From contig JBAXQC010000001.1 in assembly GCA_037131955.1 (NCBI GenBank), forward strand, positions 46,366-110,365: a DNA stretch of 64,000 bases, written 5' to 3'. This stretch comes from Bacteroidota bacterium. GTDB taxonomy: Bacteria > Bacteroidota > Bacteroidia > UBA4408. Shown one piece after another: positions 30,501 to 36,257 of this stretch. Under the pieces are notes generated by a model, which was given only the letters and a program-made list of their open reading frames with translations, was not told where the DNA came from and searched no databases. How positions within the stretch are numbered: position 1 is the stretch's first letter; every line of letters begins with the position of its first letter. The position numbers and the translations under genes were made by a program.

Positions 30501-30961
30501 GCCGCAGCACTAGTTGCCCAAGTGCCATTGTTAACAAGTGTTGTGCCACTTGTAGCATTGTTTATGGTAAGGGTTCTTATTGTAGCATCACCTAAAGTAA
30601 ATGTTTTGCCTGGATTTATTGTTAAACTTGATACTGTTGCATCTTGGTTCAACACTACGTTGTGATTGATTACAATATCAGCCCCTGCTGGAGGCACGGT
30701 ACCTCCAACCCAAGTTGCGCCTATATTCCAATCGCCATTGGCAACGGTTGTGTATCCCGATTGTAAGGTATTGCTATTGCCGCCCATCAGCAAACCCACA
30801 CCCGAAGCCGGGAAGTTGCCCACAAGTGGTTCGCCAATAGCAAAACTCAGTAAACTTGTATTGCCGTTGTTGTTACTAAAAGTTTGCATTTGCAAACTTT
30901 GTGCTACAAGCTGTAAACTGAATGTTACTGCTAAAACAAGCATTGTAATTAATTTATTCAT
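21512..30961 (-). CDS. Giant (3149 aa) secreted beta-helix-rich surface protein with probable T9SS C-terminal domain
   Basis: Signal peptide; Asn/Thr/Gly/Ser-rich beta-solenoid repeats; NLIGNPYPS motif; C-terminus IYNSLGQLV...LSGAYVVQL...KVV. Confidence 0.85.
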   Translation of the reverse strand: MNKLITMLVLAVTFSLQLVAQSLQMQTFSNNNGNTSLLSFAIGEPLVGNFPASGVGLLMGGNSNTLQSGYTTVANGDWNIGATWVGGTVPPAGADIVINHNVVLNQDATVSSLTINPGKTFTLGDATIRTLTINNATSGTTLVNNGTWATSAAASKLVFSGAATHTISGTSSLRNVFLSTGVNFGSNTTVTGLMEINSGGFVSVNPPIYSTTSTLSYNTGGLYNRGTEWNSAITAVPGYPQNDVFVKSGTLNLGGADPANSHTCAKDFYIYPGASVNMNQVGSVMTNFLKCGRLRMEGNLILSSAVGGDLQLTGNFWQYSTATFTPNGRAVTFTGTQATQQIIKFGSGTVTFDYLIIDKTIGTVQLYNTAPDATNVLINNDLTLSGTNTIQLDLNGQTLTMNGTSNINISGNVTKNINSTNAGGSFSINGGVKTVVAAGTTLLNFASNVSIITTGGINFGANVSTVNGFLSIGTGGYVDTNPPIYSNTSTLNYQPGGAYVAGAEWATNATSGVGVPFNVNITNNTSLNFGASSLYRAIIGNLSFASAGDILTLSTVAGGDLKIAGNLTYTGTGTNHIASNSRTVFFIGTNVQTFTWPTVTDIHAIEIDKTAGSVTCTSTSSSYLRLIGGSSANILALTNGNITMGGGTALRFGNTAAKNINIGVSGTRTLNSLNAFGPGSLTITTSGASQINLTGVGAFSQIDFGNSLSTITNNLSINTGGSVVNNGPAYSGSTTLFYNSGTLTRGAEWSATSGYGYPFNVTISSGVTLNYGVSVATSTAIAGTLIVQSGASVNMNSPSNMTANTQVTSLILNGTLNLSASSGGSFTVNNGNVTLNGTLNQNGNDFIIQGTTNGIISGTNAKFSKLIYNRTGVAAVHPVDISVCEMTIGAGSNFVVQNDLKLIVDVNLYTGLPPSFGNIIKNGSLSFLGTGYLEFKNGNVTFDGSTPISFKKVSLDNATAVFTNSAYTISDSLVLKNASSFDNSSIAPSYGASSYLIYSGNGSISRGTEWSALSGPGCPQNVIVRTNSQLQFASFDVNDNTPIKVTNNFTIEGGSTVDLNTGGNQFFSTLQIVGNLTIGNSGNGTIVLSNSGDQELKLGGNYTLNAGSTFTPNSSKITFTGAAEQNITFLGSGNFYALKLAGAGGAKLFSNINVANDLEFSNSSNGDLDLNNFNLTLSGSGLIVNEDNDSKIINTSASPVYGQGYVGYTQNVLSSTLSDGSNLGIELQSTTGNIGNVAVRRYSLPIVGVGTTSSIKRVYEVITPSAITANATIDYLNNASELNGNSEVQGLFQLFNTNGIANFNVGGNYNYVTPTQIGTLQLNSPTNINFIAGSNFFTAASITAVPLSGIINFPADVSTLEEIVNNINANGVGAGGVTVNITPGYIGSLGNILIDVQNNPPSAANPLIFQGDPNNLPTFNARPGGTIDRDGVVRIVGTSFVTIQNIIFVDPPINDDNFERMEWGIAILKKTNNDASQNVTIRNCRIFLQNADTASTGIYLGNHAFDPTQSYTPTLPTGNFDQIRIWGNTITKVNKGVILRGFSSASSNLLERNIFVGDSAVSQNGNILNNLGGNTTPTIGVQLNNVASFVIGNNSIDNTANGGQNTQGDISGISVIGNTSGNSVIASNTLSLKQAITNKPMMVINNGLNSTSAFLRIKKNVIQNSLVTAGSSGEFFAIRNVQPEIYKLQIDSNRIVNNVNINTSANVYGIYNTSETERVYILKDTVRNFTSSTPADMFVIYNPSGADSVVVSENTITNISKTGSGGTLAVYYNDAVAGFVAMASQGNNGGVQIQAGAGVERIVKNYIKNVTGFGVSNVRGILTTGRTTFDKIVNQNKIKTFTAFGGTIKGITIADGNDISANTNTLDNYTSNSSIYALEAINGVILSVDNDSIFNITQTGAGNAYGILHTTTSSGGHTKNIKNNDIFNISKTTSTGDVYAIAHEESGNGSTSMTTNDNFIDDINNSGAGAAYGILHTGSGSGGPNNINNTSNDIDNITSSGSGSSYGILHTGSGSGGPNNYYFTTNNIVNISNSGAGSSYGILHTGSGSGGPNHFTDLGNTINAIINSSGGEAYGIYSESSATTPGLNQARTITGNGISNITNTGGGAAFGILHTGSGSGGPNIVNCSTNTIENVSSNGTGSAFGILHTGSGSGGPNNFANSSNIINNISNSSNGNAFGILHTGSGSGGPNNFSRVSNTISNVTNSGSGNAYGILHTGSGSGGPNIGITRNNTISNLSTSTGTGACFGILHTGSGSGGPNKARISGNTLSNFSSASDSIEGIRIVTVDSLNLENNRIVKFATVSGKVEGINITSTQAGLLGVVSNSVIGDFTTVSSNSSDAISGININGTTATSIKFYYNSVYLQASSSGGSFGSSAFAFNSSVPVDLRNNIFINRSNAASGGGVRVLTRNGASGGLLNTSNNNAYFVSDSTISNNFIFSDGTNNYQSFNAYRNFVGFENSSFAENVSFLSVDGSNSNFLKINTVTETRIESGGTISNLGITTDAIGVPRFGAVGYAGIGTATDIGAYENNYTPILYQWLGLVSNNWNTPGNWTGGVLPNSARDILIRAVTSPQPNLSSVDANCRKIKFVPNGAINPTVTIASGRKLTVEGDIEGNGNFTGSGIVEFNSVFPQNVSGIVSAVNIDINNSSGVSIAPLGNLSISRELALKNGVLTTNSNNLVITSSGSTAGFINDFSGGYSGSISGGTRVQRFVSNPLPASHTIASPVTNGSTVYQNYNDNFVVNGSPVGYVYNTNPNVTQPTQFPSTWWFNETLTAAVTPGWVNGIAKVMSPGLGIMATIPQNRLIDVVGTANTGLYNIPVTRTDDGLNLIGNPYPSPISLNAMVAANSSTILPFVYIWNKTNYAVYSSGPGIWVNNIGAGTNDRLAHSQGFFVISNVPGSTNILMNNSMRTTNQSYVYFATPQNECRIQLNDGAERDELLIRTDGESNDEYDLQTDAKKLLNEPIYSSSIYSLSTDNYPLAINTFKDFEHDKVVPVSINSKTSGSKELEFNELSSIDPSINVYLEDASLGKFQDMRANSKYEVNLTEGNSGNRFFVHFSKKALLGASNTETQGIIYSSQRNLFLDLTKSTGNSELRIYNSLGQLVEYKNMSSSNGSKAQLNLENLSGAYVVQLTTNGEVKNEKVVFGN
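24182..25045 (-). repeat. Intragenic 34-aa period repeat with eight invariant GILHTGSGSGGPN motifs
   Basis: Counted in the translation; about 102-nt spacing; one degenerate unit in the middle. Confidence 0.95.
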
Positions 30962-30984
30962 GGTATTTTATTTAAATCTTTTTT

Positions 30985-31108
30985 TTTTCTATTCTCTTTT
31001 TATTGATAGTATTCTCTTACTATTATTATTCTTGAACCTAATCTGTTTTGTCAATCTAAGATTGACTTTTAGCAGTCCGTAGTCTGGAGACTACGGACAA
31101 CTGGGTTA
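30985..31108. repeat. Double-hairpin intergenic repeat, copy A1
   Basis: GTCAATC-taa-GATTGAC (31050-31066) plus GTCCGTAGTCT-gg-AGACTACGGAC (31075-31098); about 120 nt similar to 32921-33044. Confidence 0.93.
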
Positions 31109-31264
31109 CTTTTTGTTTTGTTTACTTAAATACTTACGCTCTTCTTCATAGGTTAAGTTCATTATTTCTAAACTAATTTTATCTCTAATTTTTCTCATTG
31201 TTTTAATAGCGTCAAAACCATCTACTATTTGAATTGCTTTTTTCTTTTTGCGTGTAGTTACCAT
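31106..31264 (-). CDS. 52-aa basic protein, putative antitoxin/partner of the PIN protein (absent from the ORF track)
   Basis: Translated by hand: MVTTRKKKKAIQIVDGFDAIKTMRKIRDKISLEIMNLTYEEERKYLSKQNKK; starts 1 nt after the PIN stop. Confidence 0.75.
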   Translation of the reverse strand: MVTTRKKKKAIQIVDGFDAIKTMRKIRDKISLEIMNLTYEEERKYLSKQNKK

Positions 31265-31265
31265 T

Positions 31266-31715
31266 TTATACAATTTCTTTGGGTGTTCTTATTTCTATTG
31301 TTGGAAATCCTAATCTCATATTTACTGAATTGTAACCTCTTATTCTATCAAGGTTAACAATATGTTTAAAATTCCAGCTTACTAAAACTTCGGCATTTGA
31401 TAGCGTTGCCATAGCTATATGCTGACAATCGGCCCTACTTGTTTTACCAACAACTTTAGCTTTTATATATTCATCTGCCAATTCAGTAGCTTGTTTAGAT
31501 AATTGAATATTTATAATTTGTTTTTGAGGCAATTTTTTGAAAAAGTCCTTTACAAAAATAGGGGCAAGTTCTAATTCTTTGACCAGCAAATCAGAAACTA
31601 TTAATGTTGTTTTACCTGCATTTACATTTTCAAAAAGCGGCATCGTAGATTCGGCAAATTCCTTATCGAAATAACCTCCTACTACCGATGTGTCTATGTA
31701 AACTTTTTTAATCAT
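31266..31715 (-). CDS. PIN-domain (VapC-like) nuclease
   Basis: VYIDTSV, E, D-x-x-HIA and VSWNFKHIVN motifs. Confidence 0.88.
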   Translation of the reverse strand: MIKKVYIDTSVVGGYFDKEFAESTMPLFENVNAGKTTLIVSDLLVKELELAPIFVKDFFKKLPQKQIINIQLSKQATELADEYIKAKVVGKTSRADCQHIAMATLSNAEVLVSWNFKHIVNLDRIRGYNSVNMRLGFPTIEIRTPKEIV

Positions 31716-31734
31716 TTTTATTTTTAAGTCATTT

Positions 31735-31797
31735 TTGTTTTGTCAATTAAAAATTGACTTTTAGCAGTCCGTAGTCAGAGACTGCGGACAACTGGGA
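31735..31797. repeat. Double-hairpin intergenic repeat, copy A2
   Basis: GTCAATT-aaa-AATTGAC (31742-31758) plus GTCCGTAGTC-aga-GACTGCGGAC (31767-31789). Confidence 0.9.
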
Positions 31798-31813
31798 GTT
31801 AGTGGATACCAGA

Positions 31814-32233
31814 TTATTTCATTTTTAGTTGCGCAAAATTTGGGTGTTCGGGATTCACAATCAACTCTTGACGCAAAGGATGAATCAATACATCCATTTC
31901 TTCCATCGGAATTGCACCTAACAATGGCTCACTGTCGCCAGGCAAAACAAGGGCATTACAAGCTGTATCCCTGTTTTTAAACCTAACTTCAATTGGACCC
32001 ACAACATCATACTCAACTACAGAACTATCAGCCATTTGTGCTTTACGCTTACCAGTTGGTGTAAGGTTTAGCTGTTGGCAAATAGTTTCATTAATAGCCA
32101 TCATATAAGCGCCACTATCCACTAACATGTTTATACGAATGCTATTAACTTCATCATCGCCAATTAAATGACGCTTTGCCATTACCTTTTCGGCTGCATT
32201 TATTAATTCTATATCTGCGTAAACTAGTCCCAT
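31814..32233 (-). CDS. Clan AA (retropepsin-like) aspartic protease
   Basis: LVDSGA catalytic motif and PLLGAIPMEEMD. Confidence 0.85.
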   Translation of the reverse strand: MGLVYADIELINAAEKVMAKRHLIGDDEVNSIRINMLVDSGAYMMAINETICQQLNLTPTGKRKAQMADSSVVEYDVVGPIEVRFKNRDTACNALVLPGDSEPLLGAIPMEEMDVLIHPLRQELIVNPEHPNFAQLKMK

Positions 32234-32326
32234 GTTTCTTAATTTTTATTTTCTATTTTTACTATTCTGTTACTATTATTCTTTAACCTTTTGTTTCTTT
32301 GCTAAAGCAAGGTTTTTGCCTTGTGG

Positions 32327-32422
32327 TTTTTATTTTGGTACTTACCATTTTTATTTCTATTTGTACTTAGTCCCTTTGCTCCGCCGAGGCGGATTCCCTT
32401 GCTTCAGACTAAGGACAGATTG
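32327..32422. repeat. Hairpin repeat, copy B1 (expanded loop)
   Basis: Arms GTACTTAGTC (32363-72) and GACTAAGGAC (32407-16) enclosing TCCGCC-ga-GGCGGA; shared with 34207-34278. Confidence 0.85.
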
Positions 32423-32431
32423 TTTGTAAAT

Positions 32432-32638
32432 TTAGACTGCCTTTGAATAATTAATTGGAAACAAAGCCTCCAAATTAATATGCTTGGAAGCATCCATTAT
32501 TTCTATTCCAACTATTTTGTCATTTTCACCCATATCGAGTACAATATCGTCGGTAACACGCTTGTTTGTTACCGTTTGTTGCTGTTGCTCTAATCTTAAA
32601 TAAAGCATATCGGTGTTTGAGTCGTAGTGTATTGTCAT
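32432..32638 (-). CDS. DUF2283-like small protein (putative antitoxin)
   Basis: IHYDSNTDMLYLRL...IVLD...IVGIEIMDAS. Confidence 0.85.
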   Translation of the reverse strand: MTIHYDSNTDMLYLRLEQQQQTVTNKRVTDDIVLDMGENDKIVGIEIMDASKHINLEALFPINYSKAV

Positions 32639-32659
32639 TGTTTTAATTATTAAATTTAT

Positions 32660-32920
32660 TTATTCAAATATTCCGTAAAAAACATAAACTGTTACTGTTA
32701 TTATTTTATCATTTTCTATGATGTAAAAAACATCAATTCTTTTTTGTTCATAGTATTTATTGTTTCTTAATTGTTGAAACAAAAATGCCTTTGATTTTGC
32801 TAATCTTCCTTGTTTTGCATCTACCTCTATACCATTTGTAAGCACATCAATAATTTCGCTTTCATCTGCACCACGCTCAACAGCACGCTGCAATGTATGT
32901 GGCTCTATTATTATTTGCAT
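32660..32920 (-). CDS. DUF4258-like small protein (RelE-like putative toxin)
   Basis: HTLQRAVERG...EI.DVL..G and IITVTVY; paired with the DUF2283-like gene. Confidence 0.75.
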   Translation of the reverse strand: MQIIIEPHTLQRAVERGADESEIIDVLTNGIEVDAKQGRLAKSKAFLFQQLRNNKYYEQKRIDVFYIIENDKIITVTVYVFYGIFE

Positions 32921-33044
32921 TTCTATTTTCTCTTTTTACTGCTAATATTCTGTTACTATTATTATTTCTGAACCTAATCTGTTTGTCAATCAGAGATTGA
33001 CTTTTAGCAGTCCGTAGTCTGGAGACTACGGACAACTTGGGTTA
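32921..33044. repeat. Double-hairpin intergenic repeat, copy A3
   Basis: GTCAATC-aga-GATTGAC (32985-33001) plus GTCCGTAGTCT-gg-AGACTACGGAC (33010-33033). Confidence 0.93.
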
Positions 33045-33050
33045 ATTCAA

Positions 33051-34031
33051 TCAATGTTTAATAATATAATTTACATAAACATTTTTTGGGCGGGTTTCGT
33101 TACCACCCGCATTTGTAGTTGTACCAAATTGAGGTGTATTCAAATTGCCTTGGGGAGGAAAAGCAAAAGCACCAGTAGAAGTTGTTGTGGCATATTGGAC
33201 GTGTTGATGGGTATGACTTTTAAGTTCATCTACTTGCAAACTACCAACATTATTACCTGTATTACCGCCACTATTACTTGATGTTCGTGTAGCTTTATCA
33301 GGGTCGTTATTGGCAGTGCCATCTACACCTCTAACAAAACGGCCTCTTAAATCAGGCAGATGAAAAGTTGTGCTACCATCACCAGCCCCATAGGCGGTGC
33401 CAATTACGGCAAAAAGAGCTGCATAAGTTGTTCTGGAAACTTGAGATCCATCGCACAATAACCAACCTGTTGGAGCAGTTGTTCCGGTAAAAGCTATTAA
33501 ACCACCAGCAGGGCCCCCATTGTCATCCGTACCTGCCACCCAAGTAGTTCCGTTGTGTTTTAGTACTTGGCCGTTTGCACCAGTAGTTTTTAACTCTTCG
33601 GCTGTTCTTGCAGAAAAGGCATAAAAAGAAGCAGAAGCTTGTGAATTGCTAATTAGCGTAAAAGCATCTACTAAGTTTGGCCTAAACTCTACTCTCAGCC
33701 ATTTGTCTCCGGTGCTCCAATTTATATTGTTAAATGTGGTTGGCCCGCTAGAAGAACTTGCATCTCCTTCGCTAAGGCTTAATGTAAATTGTCCGTATGC
33801 ATCGGTTGTTTTTTGGAAGGTTAATGCCCTAAGTGTTGCACCTCCGTTGCCTTGCGTAATGGTAATACGGGCTTCTATGGTGGTGTTTGCCACTATTTGG
33901 TTGCTGGCATTACGTGCCACTGCCTGAAAGTTTACTGCACTGGGAATGTTTTGTGCCTGACAATTGATAGTTGACAATTGATAATTGATAACTAACAATA
34001 GTGCGATGATTTTGTAGAAGTGCTTTTTCAT
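33051..34031 (-). CDS. Secreted protein with C-terminal phage tail-collar/fibre domain
   Basis: Signal peptide; NFQAVARN N-domain; APTGWLLCDG...DGSTTFHLPDLRGRF collar motif; GGNETRPKN...YIIK end. Confidence 0.85.
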   Translation of the reverse strand: MKKHFYKIIALLLVINYQLSTINCQAQNIPSAVNFQAVARNASNQIVANTTIEARITITQGNGGATLRALTFQKTTDAYGQFTLSLSEGDASSSSGPTTFNNINWSTGDKWLRVEFRPNLVDAFTLISNSQASASFYAFSARTAEELKTTGANGQVLKHNGTTWVAGTDDNGGPAGGLIAFTGTTAPTGWLLCDGSQVSRTTYAALFAVIGTAYGAGDGSTTFHLPDLRGRFVRGVDGTANNDPDKATRTSSNSGGNTGNNVGSLQVDELKSHTHQHVQYATTTSTGAFAFPPQGNLNTPQFGTTTNAGGNETRPKNVYVNYIIKH

Positions 34032-34087
34032 TTTTTAGCTTAGTTTTTATTGTTTACTTTTTAAATTATTTCGTTTTTCTTTTAATC

Positions 34088-34278
34088 CTTAGTTCCCTTT
34101 GCTCCGCCGCGGCGGATTCCTTTGCTTCTCTGCTACCGCAAGGCTCTTGCCTTGTGGTTTTCCTTTACTTCATGCTGCCACAAGCGGGACGCTTGCGGTA
34201 GCGGGGTACTTACCTTTTTTATTTCTATTTGTCCTTAGTCCCTTTGCTTTGCCTTTGCTTCAGACTAAGGACAGATTG
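34088..34278. repeat. Cluster of REP-like palindromes including hairpin copy B2 and a REPIN-like doublet
   Basis: TCCGCC-gc-GGCGGA; inverted GCTACCGCAAG (34132-42) / CTTGCGGTAGC (34192-202); arms GTCCTTAGTC (34231-40) / GACTAAGGAC (34263-72). Confidence 0.85.
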
Positions 34279-34309
34279 GTGTTAATCCCATTTTATTTTT
34301 AATTTCTTT

Positions 34310-35455
34310 TTATTGATAATATTCTTTGACTATTATGACACCAGAACCACCTACACCTGTTGAACTAGAACCGCCAGCACCAATTGAATAGGTATATGTT
34401 GCATTTGGTGAAGTTATAAGTGCTTTAATATAGCCTCCGGCGCCACCTCCACCTCCTGGGCCTGAAGCTGATTTACCACCTCCACCACTACCAGAGTTTG
34501 CAATTCCATTTTTTTGAGCCGATTCTGGGTCAGCTGTAGTTCCGCCTCCGCCTGCACCACCAAAAGGAGTGGCTCCTCCATTGCCTGAATGGTCACTTGT
34601 AGAGTTTCTTGAACCTGCTCCTCCAGCGCTACCTGTAATTGCAACCAAGGTAATTGCTGGTGCATTTACTGTTGTTGTTCCACCTACTCCACCAGTACGA
34701 CCATTTATATTAGCAGCAGCACCTGCACCGCCGTTTGCAGTTAATAAACTTGTTCCAAAAGTAGTAGAACTGCCAGAACCTCCAGCAAATGAGGCTGTTG
34801 AACCTCCTCCACCTCCACCAACTAACTCAACTTCTATATATAACACTCCAGCAGACCTTGCATAAGTTCCGCTACCTGAAGTAAAACGTTGCACTGTTGG
34901 CGCAATAAAAGTAGAGCCAGCATCCGTCCCCGCCACCCAAGTAGTTCCGTTGTGTTTTAGCACTTGGCCGTTTGTGCCTGTTATATTAACCTTTTCAGCG
35001 GTTTTTGCACCAAAGGCATAAAAACTTGCGGTGGCTTGTGTGTTGCTAATGAGTGTGTAATTATTATCTGCCAATGGGCTAAGGCTTACCTTTATAAATT
35101 TGGCACTGCTTGCCCAATCAATGGCTGCAAAGTTAGCTACTGTACCAGCGGTAACTACTGGCGAGCCTGCACCTATGGCAAAGTTAAATTGTCCGTAAGC
35201 ATCGGTAGTGGGTGTGTAAACCAAGGTAACCATAACAGGGCCACTGCTGCTGCCATCAAGCACTTCTATTTTTACCTGCACATTGGAATTGGTAATAAGC
35301 GAGCCTACTGCATTGCGTGCAATGGCTTGGAAGTTAACAGCGTTGGGGATGGTTTGAGCAACAGCCCCACCCCAACCCTCCCCTAAAGGGAGGGAGAAAA
35401 CACCTAAATTATAAATTAGAATTGCTGCAATAATTTTGTTGAGTTTACTTTTCAT
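34310..35455 (-). CDS. Secreted paralogue of 33051..34031 with Gly-rich C-terminal domain
   Basis: Same NFQAIARN N-domain and GQVLKHNGTTWVAGTD hinge; VELVGGGGGG...GGSGVIIVKEY Gly-rich fibre-type domain. Confidence 0.85.
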   Translation of the reverse strand: MKSKLNKIIAAILIYNLGVFSLPLGEGWGGAVAQTIPNAVNFQAIARNAVGSLITNSNVQVKIEVLDGSSSGPVMVTLVYTPTTDAYGQFNFAIGAGSPVVTAGTVANFAAIDWASSAKFIKVSLSPLADNNYTLISNTQATASFYAFGAKTAEKVNITGTNGQVLKHNGTTWVAGTDAGSTFIAPTVQRFTSGSGTYARSAGVLYIEVELVGGGGGGSTASFAGGSGSSTTFGTSLLTANGGAGAAANINGRTGGVGGTTTVNAPAITLVAITGSAGGAGSRNSTSDHSGNGGATPFGGAGGGGTTADPESAQKNGIANSGSGGGGKSASGPGGGGGAGGYIKALITSPNATYTYSIGAGGSSSTGVGGSGVIIVKEYYQ

Positions 35456-35620
35456 GCTATTGTTTATTTGTTTACTAGAATATTTTGTTATTTGAATTTA
35501 TTTTTTTGTTCGTTTATACTGATTGCAAATTGTAATGTTTAAAGCTAATTTAATTGTATGATGCTATTCATGTTTGCTTTGATTTAAAATTTATTACCAA
35601 ATTTATTATTTATTTTAATT

Positions 35621-35726
35621 TGCACTGTTATTATTCTGTTAATTTTATTATACTTGAGTCTAATCAGTTTGTCAATCTGAGATTGACTTGTGGCAGTTCG
35701 TAGTCAGAGACTACGAACAACTTAGG
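35621..35726. repeat. Double-hairpin intergenic repeat, copy A4
   Basis: GTCAATC-tga-GATTGAC (35671-35687) plus GTTCGTAGTC-aga-GACTACGAAC (35696-35718). Confidence 0.9.
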
Positions 35727-36054
35727 CAAAGCTTGTTCCATCGTAATTAAAACCTACGTTGGTTCCATCTGCATCAATACCTCCATTTACAGGTATTTGA
35801 GGATCTTTATCGAGGTAAAATACTAAAGCGTTTGATGGGTTAGAACCAGATAAAGCTATATATAAATTATTTGCATCCCAAGTTAGATAAGTAATACCGC
35901 CGCCACTTGATTGCTGGTTTTGCCCGTCGGTATGCACACCGTATTCGTTGGCAGCTATGATACCATTAATACTTGGAGTATTAAACTGGGCAAATGCAAC
36001 TTGCACCATAACAGAAAACGTAATTGCAATAAATAGTTTGAAATTTGTTTTCAT
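35722..36054 (-). pseudogene. N-terminal fragment of a secreted protein, apparently truncated at repeat A4
   Basis: Signal peptide plus start of a beta-rich domain (YLTWDANNLYIA, FYLDKDP); the TAA stop lies within the repeat edge. Confidence 0.6.
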
Positions 36055-36257
36055 AAATTTTTAATCTTATTACAAAGTTATAATTTTATATGTAATTAAA
36101 AACTAATGGTTAAAATTTTTCGATGAATAGTGCTATTAACAAGACTAAATTTTAAACATTTTAATAATTGAACTGCACCGTTAAATTATACTGGTAAGAA
36201 AAAATGAAAACTAATATCCTCAAAATATCGTTAAACTTGGATGTGTAAAAAGAGATG

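Noticed and set aside
32232-34302. ORFs 32232..32429 and 34099..34302 (+), which share LRRGGF and RLRTD-like text
   Set aside because: They are translations of the B-type palindromic repeats, antisense to the array.
33051-35455. Prophage or diversity-generating retroelement
   Set aside because: No capsid, terminase, integrase or reverse transcriptase; the hinge mismatches are at synonymous positions, not an adenine-specific TR/VR pattern; both proteins have Sec signals.
31050-35718. CRISPR array or classical integron attC sites
   Set aside because: The repeats are separated by whole genes, not 30-40-nt spacers; no cas or intI genes; no RYYYAAC/GTTRRRY ends.
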